Shown: in pieces, positions 43,094 through 54,459 of the stretch
How positions within the stretch are numbered: the first letter of the stretch is position 1
How the letters are laid out: each line of letters begins with the position of its first letter
Assembly (NCBI GenBank): GCA_016715645.1
Contig: JADJZR010000007.1
Coordinates: forward strand, 116,221 to 180,220
Source of the DNA: Elusimicrobiota bacterium
Lineage (GTDB): Bacteria; Elusimicrobiota; Elusimicrobia; FEN-1173
Length of the DNA stretch: 64,000 nt
Direction: 5' to 3'
Translations under genes and position numbers: made by a program
The notes under the pieces: model-generated
Database searches by the model: none
The model's input: the letters and a program-made list of their open reading frames with translations, nothing else
Told to the model about the DNA's origin: nothing

Positions 43094-43823
43094 CGGTTTT
43101 TCGACGCACCCAATCCAACAACATCCGTTTCACGCGCGCTCGGGAATCGCGCGTGGTGTCCAACACCACCGCGTCATCGGCCGCCCTCAACGGTGAAACC
43201 GCCCGGGTCCGGTCACGGTGGTCGCGTTCACGAATGGCCGCCTCGATGGCCGAACGGGGCTCGGATCGGCCGGTGGCCCCCAGTTGCTTCCACCGCCGGC
43301 GGGCGCGTTCTTCCACCGACGCGTCCAGAAAAAATTTGACGTCGGCCCGGGGCAACACCACCGTGCCGATGTCGCGGCCTTCCATGACCACACCGCCGCC
43401 GCGGGCCAACCGCCGCTGAGCGCGCACGAGAAAGGTCCGAACCTCCGGCACCGTGGCCAACCGACTGGCGGCTTGGCTCACATCGGGCGATCGCAATGCC
43501 GCCGACGCGTCGTGACCGTCCACCAACAGGCGCGGCTCGGCTTCGTCGGTAAACGACAGCGCGGTGCGCGCCAACAACGATCGAACCCGGCGGCGATCGT
43601 CGGGCGCAACCCCCGCCCGCACCACCGCCCATGCCACGCCGCGGTACATGGCCCCGGTGTCGATGTAACGCAACGCCAACGCGTTCGCCAGGTCCCGCGC
43701 CGACGTGGATTTTCCCGCCCCCGCCGGCCCGTCAATGGCGATGGTCAAACGGCCGTCCGCCGTGAGCCCTTTTTTATTTTTTGCGGCCGCCGATCGACTG
43801 GCGCTCCCGCGACGGGCCCTCAT
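43083..43823 (-). CDS. cmk: Cytidylate kinase
   Basis: IAIDGPAGAGKSTSARDLANALALRYIDTGAMYR. The ATG at 43823 forms an ATGA overlap with the aroA stop. Confidence 0.9.
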   Translation of the reverse strand: MRARRGSASRSAAAKNKKGLTADGRLTIAIDGPAGAGKSTSARDLANALALRYIDTGAMYRGVAWAVVRAGVAPDDRRRVRSLLARTALSFTDEAEPRLLVDGHDASAALRSPDVSQAASRLATVPEVRTFLVRAQRRLARGGGVVMEGRDIGTVVLPRADVKFFLDASVEERARRRWKQLGATGRSEPRSAIEAAIRERDHRDRTRAVSPLRAADDAVVLDTTRDSRARVKRMLLDWVRRKTGVR

Positions 43824-45130
43824 GATTGGACCCGCACGCGTTCCAGATCTTCCCAAAAAGTGGGGAACGATATTTCCACGCAATCGGCGTTGGCTATTTC
43901 GGTTTCGCCCTCGGCGATCAGACCCGCCACCGCGAACGTCATGGCCAGCCGGTGGTCTCCCGCCGAGTCCAGCCGCGCGCCGCGCAACGGCGTGGGTCCC
44001 TCGATACGAAGCCCGTCAGGCAATTCGTCGATGCGCGCGCCCATTTTCGACAACCCCCGCGCGATGTGGGCCAACCGGTCCGATTCTTTGACCCTCAGTT
44101 CGGCCGCGCCGCGAATTTCCGTCACACCCTGGGCCTGGGTCGCGGCCAACGCCAAAATCGGCACTTCGTCCACCAGCCGGGGCATGATGTCGGCTCCGAA
44201 CGTCACGCCTTTGAGGCCCCGGTGGCGAATGAGCAGGTCCGTGACCGGTTCGCCGCCGGACACCAGCGAACGCTCCCGTTGAATTCCCGCGCCCATTTTT
44301 TCCAACACTTCCACTATTCCGTCGCGGGTGGGATTGGTGTTGACCCCGCGCAACATCAGTTCCGACCCCGGCGCCAACAGGGCCCCCACCATGAAAAAGG
44401 CGGCGCTGGAAATGTCCGAGGGCACCACCCAATCTTGGGGTTTCAAAGACGGTCCCCCCTGCACCGACACCCGCCGCTCATCAACCGTCAACCGCACACC
44501 CGCCGCCGCCATCATTCGTTCCGTATGGTCCCGGGACCGCAGGGGTTCTTCGACGGTCGTGACGCCGTCGGCGTACAAACCGGCCAACAGCACGCAGGAT
44601 TTCACCTGCGCGCTGGCCACCGGACTGATCCATTCAACCGCGCGCAACGGTCGTCGGCCATGAATACGAAGCGGAGCGTAACACCCCTTGCGCGCGGTGA
44701 TGTCGGCCCCCATCGCGGTCAACGGATCCACCACCCGCGCCATGGGCCGTCCCGACAGACTTTTGTCCCCCATCAGTTTGGTGGAAAACGGCTGGCCCGC
44801 CAACACCCCCGACACCAACCGCAACGTGGTGCCTGAATTGCCGCAATAGAGGTGGTCCGCCCGGGGTTCGCGCAAACCGTACAAACCTCGGCCCACCACA
44901 ATCCAGTCTCCCTCGGGATTGGTCTCGATGCTGATCCCCAAGGTTCGGAAGGCTTCCGCCGAGCGTTCGCAATCGTCCGCCGATAACGGACGAACAATTC
45001 GCGACGTGCCCTGGGCCAACGACGATAAAAAAACCGCCCGGTGGGTAATGGATTTGTCCGGCGGCGGCCGCAGTTCGCCCCGCAAAGCTCCACCGGGCAC
45101 CACGACGCGGCTGGATGTGGAAAGAGTCAT
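43820..45130 (-). CDS. aroA: 3-phosphoshikimate 1-carboxyvinyltransferase (EPSP synthase)
   Basis: PPDKSITHRAVFLSSLAQG and LYCGNSGTTLRL. The likely start MTLSTSS at 45130 lies just after the tyrA stop. Confidence 0.9.
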   Translation of the reverse strand: MTLSTSSRVVVPGGALRGELRPPPDKSITHRAVFLSSLAQGTSRIVRPLSADDCERSAEAFRTLGISIETNPEGDWIVVGRGLYGLREPRADHLYCGNSGTTLRLVSGVLAGQPFSTKLMGDKSLSGRPMARVVDPLTAMGADITARKGCYAPLRIHGRRPLRAVEWISPVASAQVKSCVLLAGLYADGVTTVEEPLRSRDHTERMMAAAGVRLTVDERRVSVQGGPSLKPQDWVVPSDISSAAFFMVGALLAPGSELMLRGVNTNPTRDGIVEVLEKMGAGIQRERSLVSGGEPVTDLLIRHRGLKGVTFGADIMPRLVDEVPILALAATQAQGVTEIRGAAELRVKESDRLAHIARGLSKMGARIDELPDGLRIEGPTPLRGARLDSAGDHRLAMTFAVAGLIAEGETEIANADCVEISFPTFWEDLERVRVQS

Positions 45131-45978
45131 GAAAGATCCTTGAGGAACGCGTTGAGCCGTTGGGCCCGGCGCAGGTCGCCTACCCGCCAGCCCTGTCGAA
45201 CCAACCCGTTCAAATTTTTGGAAAAAAGAGAAACGGCCCGGCGAACCGCCCGGTCGTTTAACGTGAAAATGCCCCGCCACAAACCAGGGTCGGCCCCCGC
45301 CACGCGGGTCGCATCGCGGTAACTGCCCGCCGCCAGCTCTTTGGCCAGCCGGACGCCGGCCGGCCCGGCCCCATCGCCCACCGCCAACGTCAACGCGTCA
45401 GCGATCGCGTGGGGCAAATGACTGACCAGCGCCACCACCCGATCGTGGGTGTCGGGGTCCAAGACCCTCACCCGCGCGCCCACGGATTTCCAAAATCGGG
45501 ACGCCTGAACCAATCGGCCTGCATCGGTGCGAGGTGTTTTGGCCAACACGCACACGGTGCCTTGATACAAATCTTCCCGAGCGTTGGCCACGCCGGTTTT
45601 TTCCGATCCCGCCATGGGATGGGCTCCCACAAACGCTGTATGGTTTTGACCCGAAAAAAGTTTTTCCATCTCACGCACGATGGGGCCTTTGACACTGCCC
45701 ACGTCCATGACCAACGCCCCCGCCGGAACCCATCGCCGATGGTGCCGCGCCAACGGAATAATTTTGTCCACAGGCGAACAATAGACCACCACGTCGGCAC
45801 CAGCCAGGGCCCGGGCCGGATCGATGAACCCCTCGTGCAACGCGCCTGCGCGCAAAGCCTCTTTAATTGTTGTGCTCCGCCGCGCCAGACCCGTCACGCG
45901 CCAGCCCCCCCGGCGACGTAGCGCCAACCCCAGGGACCCGCCCATCAGACCCAGGCCCACGATGGTGATTCGTTTCAT
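45127..45978 (-). CDS. tyrA: Prephenate dehydrogenase
   Basis: MKRITIVGLGLMGGSLGLALRR (Rossmann fold), VGSVKG and GAHPMAGSEKTG. The track ORF is extended 5' to 46185. Confidence 0.85.
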   Translation of the reverse strand: MKRITIVGLGLMGGSLGLALRRRGGWRVTGLARRSTTIKEALRAGALHEGFIDPARALAGADVVVYCSPVDKIIPLARHHRRWVPAGALVMDVGSVKGPIVREMEKLFSGQNHTAFVGAHPMAGSEKTGVANAREDLYQGTVCVLAKTPRTDAGRLVQASRFWKSVGARVRVLDPDTHDRVVALVSHLPHAIADALTLAVGDGAGPAGVRLAKELAAGSYRDATRVAGADPGLWRGIFTLNDRAVRRAVSLFSKNLNGLVRQGWRVGDLRRAQRLNAFLKDLS

Positions 45979-46009
45979 TCCGGCGAAGACGGGCGGTCGG
46001 GGAACCCCA

Positions 46010-47029
46010 TCAGAGGGTTCGCCCCACCGCTTCAGCGACCTTTCGCAACCCTTTGAGAATGTCGTGCATTTGGGTGGGCAACATCGCCTGGTGGCCGTCG
46101 GACAACGCCGCCGCCGGGTTCGGATGGCATTCAATGATGATCCCGTCGGCCCCCGCCGCAATGGCCGCCCTCGCCATGGGGACAATGTAATCGCGCACGC
46201 CCACCCCGTGCGAAGGGTCCACCAACACCGGCAAATGGGACAGGGTTTTCAACACGGGCACCGCGTTGAGATCCAGCGTAAACCGCGTGGCCGTTTCAAA
46301 CGTGCGGATCCCCCGCTCGCACAGCATGACGTTTTCGTTGCCTTTGGCCATGATGTATTCCGCCGCCATCAACCACTCTTCGATCGTGGTGGCCATTCCG
46401 CGTTTCAACATGGCGGGTTTGCGCGTGCGGCCCACTTCCCGCAACAAATCGTAGTTTTGCGCGTTGCGCGCGCCGATCTGTAAAATGTCTGCGTATCGTT
46501 CCACCAAATCCACCTGACGCGGGTCCATGACTTCGGTGATGATCGGCAGACCCGTCACCCGACGCGCCTCGGCCAAATATTTCAAAGCCTCTTCGCCCAA
46601 CCCTTGAAACGCGTACGGCGACGTTCGCGGCTTAAACGCCCCGCCCCGCAAAATCTGCACACCGGCTTTTTTTAATTCCTTCGCCGTCACCATCACGTTT
46701 TCGCGGGTGTCCACTGAACAGGGCCCGGCCATGATCACGATCCCTTTGCCCCCCACGGGAACCCCGCGGACATCGATTACGGTGTCGGTTTTTTTGAACA
46801 CGCGACTGACCACTTTGTAGGGTTTCGAAATCGGCGTCACCACCTCCACCTGGGGCATGGACTCGAACAGCTCTTTGTGGGCGATGGCCTTGTTGCCTTC
46901 CCCAATCACACCGATGACCACCCGCTCCGCTCCGCGCGACAGTTGGGGAGTGAACCCGAGCTTCTTAACACGGGCCACCACCGCCTGCACATCGGATTTT
47001 TTTGCGCCGCTTTTCAATGTCACGATCAT
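46010..47029 (-). CDS. aroF: 3-deoxy-7-phosphoheptulonate (DAHP) synthase, type I-beta with an N-terminal ferredoxin/ACT-like domain
   Basis: [25 protein letters not shown] and VDPSH. The ~70-aa N-terminal regulatory-type domain resembles that of the Thermotoga enzyme. Confidence 0.9.
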   Translation of the reverse strand: MIVTLKSGAKKSDVQAVVARVKKLGFTPQLSRGAERVVIGVIGEGNKAIAHKELFESMPQVEVVTPISKPYKVVSRVFKKTDTVIDVRGVPVGGKGIVIMAGPCSVDTRENVMVTAKELKKAGVQILRGGAFKPRTSPYAFQGLGEEALKYLAEARRVTGLPIITEVMDPRQVDLVERYADILQIGARNAQNYDLLREVGRTRKPAMLKRGMATTIEEWLMAAEYIMAKGNENVMLCERGIRTFETATRFTLDLNAVPVLKTLSHLPVLVDPSHGVGVRDYIVPMARAAIAAGADGIIIECHPNPAAALSDGHQAMLPTQMHDILKGLRKVAEAVGRTL

Positions 47030-48165
47030 AGGAGTCTCCTTGCTTCACGGAAGGCCGATAAGAACATCCGATTTTCTTCCGGTCGGCCGATGGTCACGCG
47101 GATGTGTTCTGGAAAACCGTATTCGTCCATGGCACGGACGATCATCCCCTGGCGCAGGAGCGCTTCAAACAGTTCGTCGCCCCGGTGCGGGGACACCTGA
47201 ACCAACAAAAAGTTGGCCGCCGATCGAACCGACGGAACGCCCATTCCTTTCAGCGCCCGTTCCATCGCTTTTTTCTCACGGGCCACCAGCGCCACCACCC
47301 GTTTGAGATGGGCCCCGTCGCCCAAAGCCGCCACCCCGGCCGCCTGGGCCGGGATCGAAACGTTAAAGGGCGGGCGCACCCGTTCTAAGGTATCGATCAA
47401 TGCGTCCGGCCCGACCGCGTAACCCAACCGCACCCCGGCCAACCCATACGCCTTCGAAAAGGTCCTCAGAACCACCAGGTTGCGGCCCGCCTTGAAAAAA
47501 TCGATGGCGTTGGGATAATCCGAATTTAACCGGGCGAATTCAAAGTAAGCTTCGTCCACCACCGCCACCACCCGCGCGGGAAGCGTGATCAAAAATTCTT
47601 CCAGTTGCTCCCGGGTGTTGTAGGTTCCCGTGGGGTTGTTGGGATTGGCGATGAACACGAATTTGGTCCGGGCCGTGACGGCCGCGGCCATGGCTTCCAG
47701 GTCGTGTGTCATTACGTTCATAGGTACCGTGACCACCCTCGATCCCATAAGTTCACCGGCCATTCGATACCGCAAAAACGCGTGTTCACTGACCACGATT
47801 TCGTCCCCAGGGCCCAAATAGGCCTTGGCCAACAGCTCAATCAACTCGTCGGAACCCGCTCCCACGCACACCTGGCTGGATTTCACCTTGCACCGTTGCG
47901 CCAACGCCTGGCGAAGGTTTGTGCTGAACCCGTCGGGATACCGGTGAAGTCCCGCCGCCGCCTTTTTCAACGCCGCCAGCGCCTTGGGCGACGGGCCCAA
48001 CGGATTTTCGTTCGAGGCCAGTTTGATCACCCGCTTCAGTTTATACATCCGCTTCACGTTTTCCATGTCGCGGCCGGGGACATAGGGCTCAAAGCCCTGC
48101 ACTTCTTTGCGGGGAGAAAAAACGATGTTTGCATCGGCCACAGTCAGTCCGCCTTGGGATAACAA
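47026..48165 (-). CDS. hisC: Histidinol-phosphate / aromatic aminotransferase (class II PLP)
   Basis: [12 protein letters not shown] and [14 protein letters not shown] (PLP lysine). Confidence 0.85.
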   Translation of the reverse strand: MLSQGGLTVADANIVFSPRKEVQGFEPYVPGRDMENVKRMYKLKRVIKLASNENPLGPSPKALAALKKAAAGLHRYPDGFSTNLRQALAQRCKVKSSQVCVGAGSDELIELLAKAYLGPGDEIVVSEHAFLRYRMAGELMGSRVVTVPMNVMTHDLEAMAAAVTARTKFVFIANPNNPTGTYNTREQLEEFLITLPARVVAVVDEAYFEFARLNSDYPNAIDFFKAGRNLVVLRTFSKAYGLAGVRLGYAVGPDALIDTLERVRPPFNVSIPAQAAGVAALGDGAHLKRVVALVAREKKAMERALKGMGVPSVRSAANFLLVQVSPHRGDELFEALLRQGMIVRAMDEYGFPEHIRVTIGRPEENRMFLSAFREARRLL

Positions 48166-49220
48166 CCCAGCATTTTAACCATCTGGGTCGTCCGTTTCAT
48201 TTCCAAAAACAATTTTTGAACCCGGGGTTCCAGGATGTGCCCAAGAAAATCAATGAAAAAAACGTACTGCCACGCCCGGCGTTTGGTGGGCCGAGACTCA
48301 ATTTTGGTCAGGTTGAGATGGGCCGCGCGGAACAGTCCCAACAAATCGTGCAAAGCCCCCACCCGATCGCGAACCGACACCATCAGAGACGTTTTGTCGC
48401 GGCCCGAACCCGACGGGGCCGACACCTGTTTGCCGATGATCAAAAAACGCGTGCGGTTGTCTTTGACGTCCTGAATCGCGGGGGCCAAAATTTTGAGCCG
48501 ATAAAGAGTCGCCGCCAACGGACTGGCGATCGCTGCCACCCCCGACTGCAACGCCGCCTGGGCCGCCGCGTCCGCCGTGGACGCCGCCGTGTCCACAGGA
48601 ACCCCCGCCATGTGGCTTTCCAACCATTTTCGGCACTGGGCCAACGCCTGCGGATGGGAGGCGATCCGTTTAATTTTTCCCGTCCCCGGCGCCGCCATCA
48701 CACAATGGGCGATCGGATCTTGGCGCTCGGCGCAAATGACCAGGTCGGATTCCATGAACATGTCCAACGTGTGATTCACCACCCCTTCGGTGGAATTTTC
48801 AATGGGCACCACGCCGTAGTCGGCCCGGCCGCTTTCCACATCGTCGAACACGTCGCCGATGGATTTTTCGGGAACAAACTCGGCCCGGCCGAAATGTTTC
48901 ACCGCCGCCTGATGCGTGTAGGTGGCCTCCGGCCCGAAATACGACACGGTCAGCCGCTTTTGCAACAGGCGAAAATTGGCGATGAGCGTGTTAAAAATGT
49001 CTTCCACCGCTTCCCGGGGTAAAGGTCCCGCATTGGCCGCCGTCAGCCGGTCGATGATCTGGCGTTCCCGGCCGGCGGCCACGACGTCGGCGTTCTTTTC
49101 GGCTTTCACTCGGCCGATCCGGCGCACGATCTCGGCCCGGGCGTTTAAAGCGGCCAACAGCTGATCGTCAATTTTGTCCACCTGCGACCGCAATTGGTCC
49201 AACCGTTTGTCTTTATACAT
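48144..49220 (-). CDS. pheA: Bifunctional chorismate mutase / prephenate dehydratase
   Basis: Start MYKDKRLDQLRSQVDKIDDQLLAALNARAEI (CM_2 domain). PDT block VSYFGPEATYTHQAA, ESRP and the ACT domain IESRPTKRRAWQYVFFIDF. Confidence 0.9.
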   Translation of the reverse strand: MYKDKRLDQLRSQVDKIDDQLLAALNARAEIVRRIGRVKAEKNADVVAAGRERQIIDRLTAANAGPLPREAVEDIFNTLIANFRLLQKRLTVSYFGPEATYTHQAAVKHFGRAEFVPEKSIGDVFDDVESGRADYGVVPIENSTEGVVNHTLDMFMESDLVICAERQDPIAHCVMAAPGTGKIKRIASHPQALAQCRKWLESHMAGVPVDTAASTADAAAQAALQSGVAAIASPLAATLYRLKILAPAIQDVKDNRTRFLIIGKQVSAPSGSGRDKTSLMVSVRDRVGALHDLLGLFRAAHLNLTKIESRPTKRRAWQYVFFIDFLGHILEPRVQKLFLEMKRTTQMVKMLGCYPKAD

Positions 49221-49227
49221 AGCGCCG

Positions 49228-50337
49228 TCACCCACCTGAAAAGTCACGCCCGGTCGCACCCGCCTCGATACCCCGGGTGGCCAGCAGAAATTCTTCCGGG
49301 TTCGAGGCCGACGCCATCGCGTCGTCCATTTTGACCCGGCCCTGGTTGTAGAGGCCCACCAACGCCTGGTTGAAGGTTTGCATGCCATAAAAATGGCCCG
49401 CGCGAACCGCGTTGTGTATGTCCGAAAAATTATTCTCTTCGATGGCCTTCACGATGAGCGGAGTGACCACCATGATTTCCAAAGCCGCCACCCGCCCACC
49501 CCCGTCGGACACCGGCAACAACCGCTGGCTGATGGCGCCCCGCAATGTTTCCGCCAACTGCAACCGAACCTGGGCTTGCTGGTGGGGCGGGTACAAGTCC
49601 AAAATACGGCTGATGATTTGGATCGTGTTGGTCGTGTGGATCGTGGACAACACCAAATGCCCCGTTTGGGCCGCGGTGATGGCCGCCGAGACGGTTTCCA
49701 AATCGCGCATTTCGCCCACCAAAATCACGTCGGGATCTTCCCGCATGGCCGATCGAAGCGCGTCGGCGTAACTGAGCGTATCAAGACCCAATTCCCGCTG
49801 GTTGACGATGGATTTTTTGTTCTTGTGTACGAACTCGATGGGATCTTCGATGGTCAAAATGTGGGCCTTGCGCTGGGTGTTGATGTGGTCGACCATGGCC
49901 GCCAACGTGGTGGATTTCCCGGACCCGGTCGTGCCGCTGACCAAAATCAAGCCCCGCTGATGATCCGCCAGTTTTTGCACCGCCGACGGAAGACCCAATC
50001 CCTCAATGGTCGGAATCGTTGACGGGATCACCCGCAACGCCAGGTTCACCATCCCCCGTTGCGTGTAAATGTTGGCGCGAAACCGCGCGCCGTTGGCCAC
50101 CGAAAAAGCCAAATCCACCTCGTTTTTTTGTTCAAACTTCGCCCGCAACTTTTCGCCCATGATCAACGCGGCCAACGCCCGCGTGTCCTCGGGCGACAAC
50201 GCTTTGCCGAAACGGGTGGGTTCCAGGTCGCCGTGCAAACGAATCACCGGGACAAACCCCGGCCCCACGTGCAGGTCCGACGCCCGCCGGTCGGTGACCT
50301 CTTTTAACAACGCTTGCAAAACCGGACGCAGTTCCAT
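49228..50337 (-). CDS. pilT: Type IV pilus retraction ATPase PilT family
   Basis: ASDLHV, Walker A GTTGSGKSTT, EDPIEF, and the His-box region LVLSTIHT. Confidence 0.85.
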   Translation of the reverse strand: MELRPVLQALLKEVTDRRASDLHVGPGFVPVIRLHGDLEPTRFGKALSPEDTRALAALIMGEKLRAKFEQKNEVDLAFSVANGARFRANIYTQRGMVNLALRVIPSTIPTIEGLGLPSAVQKLADHQRGLILVSGTTGSGKSTTLAAMVDHINTQRKAHILTIEDPIEFVHKNKKSIVNQRELGLDTLSYADALRSAMREDPDVILVGEMRDLETVSAAITAAQTGHLVLSTIHTTNTIQIISRILDLYPPHQQAQVRLQLAETLRGAISQRLLPVSDGGGRVAALEIMVVTPLIVKAIEENNFSDIHNAVRAGHFYGMQTFNQALVGLYNQGRVKMDDAMASASNPEEFLLATRGIEAGATGRDFSGG

Positions 50338-51473
50338 TATCCCAGCTTCCGGGCCTTGCGCCGCAAGTAGGCGGGACGCCGCAAATCGTCGTCGTTTAAG
50401 ATCAGGTCCACCGCCGACCGATGGGCCGCCGGTCGGGCCGCCGCGGGTTCACCATCGCGCGGCATTCGCCGCGACAACGCCAACCGCGCCGGTTCCCGCC
50501 GAGCCGGGGGAAAACCCGTGGCGATCACCGTCACATTGAACCGATCTTCCAGCGCGTCGTCGAACACCTGACCGTAGAACACATGGGACTCCGCGCTGGC
50601 CGCGTTCTTAATGAAATCCATGGCCGTCTTCACCTCAAACAACGTGATCGACTTGCTTCCGCTGATGTTCACCAACAGGCCTTTGGCCCCGTCGATGGTC
50701 ACGTTTTCCAACAGCGGCGACTGGATCGCCATCTTGGCCGCCTCCAACGCCCGGCCCGACCCACGCGACTCACCCATCCCCATCAACGCTTCCCCCGCGC
50801 CGGACATAATGCTTCGCACATCGGCAAAATCCACGTTGATCAGCCCGTGCCGGGTGATCACGTCGGTGATCGCCTGCACCGCCTGGCGCAACACGTTGTC
50901 GGCCACCCGAAACGCCTCGATGGACGTTGTGGATTCGTCGATGATATCAAACAACCGGTCGTTGGGAATGGCCAAGAGAGTGTCCACGTGAGCGCGCAGT
51001 TCTTCGATGCCCTGGTCCGCTTGATTTTTTCGGACCATCCCTTCAAAATCAAACGGCCGCGTGACCACGCCCACCACCAACGGCGCCGGGTCCAAACTTT
51101 TGGCGATCTGGGCCACGACCGGCGCCGAGCCTGTTCCAGTCCCTCCACCCATGCCCGCCGTCACGAACACCATGTCCGCCCCGGTCATCACTTCAGCCAA
51201 TCGGTCGCGGCTTTCTTCGGTGGCTTGCCGACCCAGAACGGGGTTGCCGCCCACGCCCAATCCTTTCGTAATCCGTTCGCCCAACTGAAGCCGAACGGGC
51301 GCTTTGTTGCGCCGGAGCGCCTGGGAATCGGTGTTGGCCGTAATAAATTCCACATGGGACAGGCCCGCCTCGATCATTCGGTTGACCGCGTTGCCCCCGG
51401 CACCGCCCAGCCCGATCACCTTGATGGATGCGGGTTGTTCGTTGAAATCCTCACTGAATTTAATTTGAACCAT
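50337..51473 (-). CDS. ftsZ: Cell division GTPase FtsZ
   Basis: [17 protein letters not shown] and [13 protein letters not shown]. The true ATG at 51473 overlaps the ftsA stop; the 585-aa track ORF is a 5' over-extension. Confidence 0.95.
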   Translation of the reverse strand: MVQIKFSEDFNEQPASIKVIGLGGAGGNAVNRMIEAGLSHVEFITANTDSQALRRNKAPVRLQLGERITKGLGVGGNPVLGRQATEESRDRLAEVMTGADMVFVTAGMGGGTGTGSAPVVAQIAKSLDPAPLVVGVVTRPFDFEGMVRKNQADQGIEELRAHVDTLLAIPNDRLFDIIDESTTSIEAFRVADNVLRQAVQAITDVITRHGLINVDFADVRSIMSGAGEALMGMGESRGSGRALEAAKMAIQSPLLENVTIDGAKGLLVNISGSKSITLFEVKTAMDFIKNAASAESHVFYGQVFDDALEDRFNVTVIATGFPPARREPARLALSRRMPRDGEPAAARPAAHRSAVDLILNDDDLRRPAYLRRKARKLG

Positions 51474-52714
51474 CAGAAAAAGTCCTCGACCAACGATTTG
51501 AGACGCTGACCCAACCCCACCCGCCGCGACGCCCGACGACTGCGCGCCCAGTCGCCCAAATGGCGATAGGTGATCAATCCCAACGCGGTGGCGTAACCCG
51601 GATTGGTGACGATGTCGGGCACACCGCCGATGTTTTGGGGCAACCCCATCCGCACGGGCAAATCCAAAATTTGTTCGGCGGCTTGAGCCAACCCTTTTAA
51701 CTGGGCCCCGCCGCCGGTCAAAATCACTCCGCCGCCCGCCACATGATCGGCGTAATTGGACCGCTGGAGTTCCTCGGAAATTAACGAAAAAATCTCTTCC
51801 ACCCGTGGCGCGATGTAGTCGAAAATAGCGGCCCGCTTTAATCGGCGGGGCGTGCGACCGTCCACGCTGGTGTATTCGATTTCTTCGTCCACGTTGCCCT
51901 CGGCCAACGTTCGGCTGGCCGCGCCGTACATCTCTTTGACCTTCTGCGCTTGAACCAGCGACGTTCTCAGCGCGTGGGACAAATCGTGGCTGATCGCATC
52001 CGACCCTACCGCCAGTTCTTTGGTAAACCGCACGCTTCCTTCGGCGTACACCGCCAACCCCGTGGTTTGGCCCCCCAAATCCACCAACAAACACCCGAGC
52101 CCCTTCTCTTCTTGCGTGACCACGGTGTCGCCCACGGCCAACAATCCGTAGATGGGCTCTTCCACATCAAACCCCGCCCGCGCGATGGCTTTCCAGACGT
52201 TGTTCAAATGGCTCTGGCTAGCGGTGACGATGTGAACATCCACTTCCAACAACATGGCTTCCATGCCGATGGGATTGGGCACGCCGTTTTGGCGGTCCAA
52301 AATAAAATCCTGAGGGATCACGTGCACAATTTCCCGGTCCGGGGAAATGGGCACGGCCTTGGTGCTTTCCACCACCTGGTCACGGTCGGAAGCGGTGATT
52401 TCTTTGTCGGTGCGGGCGATGTTCATGGCCCCGTGGTGGTTGAACGTTTGGATGTGTCCGCCCCGAACACCGATGAGAACCCCCTTGGAATGCCCTACCA
52501 GTCCCGCCATTTCTTCGGCGGCTTCCACCGCCCGGGTGATGGAACGGGCGGTTTCGTCGATATTGATGACCACCCCGCCTTTTAAACCGGCGCAGGGCTG
52601 ACGGGCCGCTCCGATGACATCGGTGGTTTCCGCGTCAGGATCGTGACGGGCCACCACCGCCACCACCTGCGAACTGCCGATGTCCAACCCCGTGATGATA
52701 TCCGGTTTAGCCAT
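51473..52714 (-). CDS. ftsA: Cell division protein FtsA
   Basis: [27 protein letters not shown] and [13 protein letters not shown]. Confidence 0.9.
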   Translation of the reverse strand: MAKPDIITGLDIGSSQVVAVVARHDPDAETTDVIGAARQPCAGLKGGVVINIDETARSITRAVEAAEEMAGLVGHSKGVLIGVRGGHIQTFNHHGAMNIARTDKEITASDRDQVVESTKAVPISPDREIVHVIPQDFILDRQNGVPNPIGMEAMLLEVDVHIVTASQSHLNNVWKAIARAGFDVEEPIYGLLAVGDTVVTQEEKGLGCLLVDLGGQTTGLAVYAEGSVRFTKELAVGSDAISHDLSHALRTSLVQAQKVKEMYGAASRTLAEGNVDEEIEYTSVDGRTPRRLKRAAIFDYIAPRVEEIFSLISEELQRSNYADHVAGGGVILTGGGAQLKGLAQAAEQILDLPVRMGLPQNIGGVPDIVTNPGYATALGLITYRHLGDWARSRRASRRVGLGQRLKSLVEDFF

Positions 52715-53516
52715 GAGTCTCCTTCCTTTGAACAACCGCTCGGCGGGGTTTGATCACCACCCGCCGGTCGTCCACGAATCGAACGGACTCCACTCCCCCA
52801 GCCGATTCCGGCGCGTCCAAAACACGCTGGAGTCGGCGTGCTTTGGGCCCCACCTCCGCCAAATTGGTTCGCGCGTCGCCCCAATAAACCATCGTCTCGC
52901 CCGCCAACATCAGCACGGCCTCGCCGTCGGCCGATATTTTAAGTTTGTAAAGACGTTGCGTCCAGGACTCTTTTGACTGTTGAAGCGATTCTAAAAAAGC
53001 CAACGCCTCCCCCGCACCCCTTGCGTTGTCCGGCAACGCCAAAATCGGCAATCCCTCGCCGTCGCCGCTTAAGACAAACACCGCTCCGCTTCGATCGATG
53101 CCCTTCCAACGCTCCCCATCGGAAGATCGGGCCACCGGCCGACGCCATTCCAATCGGATCGTGACCGACCGGTCCGCCCCTCGCCGAACACGAACCGACG
53201 CCAACTCGGGAAACCGCTCCATCAGCCGCCGTTGCACCGCACCCGCCGAAAACCCAAAAAAAGGCTGTCCCTCTTTTATCGGCGGTGACGACACCCATCC
53301 ATCGGGGACCGGTCCGTCCACCCTCACCCGGGCAATGACAATTGAATCCGTTTGCCTCCAGGCCCAGTGAGCCGTCCACGCCAACCCCGCCGCCGAGCCG
53401 ACGAACGCGGCCACGCGCACCCATCGGCCCACGGTTTCGGCAAAAGCGCGCCATTGGTAGGTCACCCGCGACCGCCGCACCGTCACTTTTAACTTTTTAC
53501 GTCGCCGGACGGCCAT
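52707..53516 (-). CDS. ftsQ: Cell division protein FtsQ (POTRA)
   Basis: Basic N-terminus, one TM helix and a POTRA-like block IVIARVRVDG. It sits between ddl and ftsA. Confidence 0.7.
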   Translation of the reverse strand: MAVRRRKKLKVTVRRSRVTYQWRAFAETVGRWVRVAAFVGSAAGLAWTAHWAWRQTDSIVIARVRVDGPVPDGWVSSPPIKEGQPFFGFSAGAVQRRLMERFPELASVRVRRGADRSVTIRLEWRRPVARSSDGERWKGIDRSGAVFVLSGDGEGLPILALPDNARGAGEALAFLESLQQSKESWTQRLYKLKISADGEAVLMLAGETMVYWGDARTNLAEVGPKARRLQRVLDAPESAGGVESVRFVDDRRVVIKPRRAVVQRKETHG

Positions 53517-54456
53517 GGGTTTCCAGTGCCAAGGTCAACAACGTTCCCACCAACTCAGCAAAATTCAAACCCACCGCCCGGGCCGCTTCCGGCAACAGCG
53601 ACGTCGCCGTTAAACCGGGCAACGTGTTGACTTCCAACAACGTGGGCCGACCGCGGCGGTCCACGATCAAATCCACCCGTCCGACGTGGCGGCATCCCAA
53701 CACGTGAAACGCCGCCACCGCCAGTTCCTGGGACCGACGGTAGACCGCCGGAGTTAACCGCGCCGGAAGAATGTGCCGCGACCCGCCGGGAGCGTACTTT
53801 GAATGAAAATCGTAAAACGCGTGTTGCGGTAAAATTTCCACCACAGGCAAAATACGGTCGCCCAACAACCCCACCGTGATTTCGGTGCCCGCAACGTATT
53901 CTTCCACCAAGACTTCCGCGTCCACCCGACCCGCGGCTTTTAATCCGGCCTGGAACTCCCGGAGCGTCCGCGCCACGGTGACGCCCACCGCCGATCCTTG
54001 TTCGGCCGGCTTGACCACCAACGGCAACCGCAACCCCAGTCGCGGAGGCGTTGTTAGCTCTCCCGTTGGGACCACTGCCCAACGGGGCGTGGGCAACCCC
54101 GCGCTTTGAAAAATCCGTTTGGCCGACGGTTTGTGCATGGCCAACGCGCTGGCGCGCACACCGCTGCCCGTGTACGGGATCCCCAAGACATCCAACAGCC
54201 CTTGCAACCGACCGTCTTCACCCACGGTACCGTGGGTGGCCAGAAACGCCAAATTGATTCGATGTTCACGGAGAGATTCCGCCACGCGGGGCGACACCTC
54301 GAGCGCGATGGGAGATAAACCCATGCGGCTCAACGCCCGCCGAACCGCCGCCGCTGTCCGGATGGAGATGGCCCGTTCGGACGAAGGACCTCCAAACAGA
54401 ACAGCCACCCGCCGCAACGCCCGCCACCGATTTTTTTGCGCGCCGCGGGTTGTCAC
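53497..54456 (-). CDS. ddl: D-alanine--D-alanine ligase
   Basis: VAVLFGGPSSERAIS, HGTVGEDGRLQGLLDVLGIPYTG and EVNTLPG. Confidence 0.9.
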   Translation of the reverse strand: MTTRGAQKNRWRALRRVAVLFGGPSSERAISIRTAAAVRRALSRMGLSPIALEVSPRVAESLREHRINLAFLATHGTVGEDGRLQGLLDVLGIPYTGSGVRASALAMHKPSAKRIFQSAGLPTPRWAVVPTGELTTPPRLGLRLPLVVKPAEQGSAVGVTVARTLREFQAGLKAAGRVDAEVLVEEYVAGTEITVGLLGDRILPVVEILPQHAFYDFHSKYAPGGSRHILPARLTPAVYRRSQELAVAAFHVLGCRHVGRVDLIVDRRGRPTLLEVNTLPGLTATSLLPEAARAVGLNFAELVGTLLTLALETHGRPAT

Positions 54457-54459
54457 GGG

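Noticed and set aside
42449-44836. Plus-strand ORFs 42449..43339, 43218..44282 and 43826..44836 (296-354 aa)
   Set aside because: They are shadows of plsC, cmk and aroA, which carry unambiguous motifs on the minus strand. Their translations are dominated by R, P, G and H.
49228-50337. pilT as part of a pilus gene cluster
   Set aside because: No pilB/pilC/pilM-Q genes are adjacent. It is a lone retraction-ATPase homologue between ftsZ and pheA. I note this but do not consider it a system in this window.
51474-52094. N-terminal 207-aa extension of FtsZ in the 585-aa track ORF
   Set aside because: The extension overlaps the 3' part of ftsA in another frame and is R/G-rich. The canonical FtsZ N-terminus starts at the ATG at 51473, which overlaps the ftsA stop.
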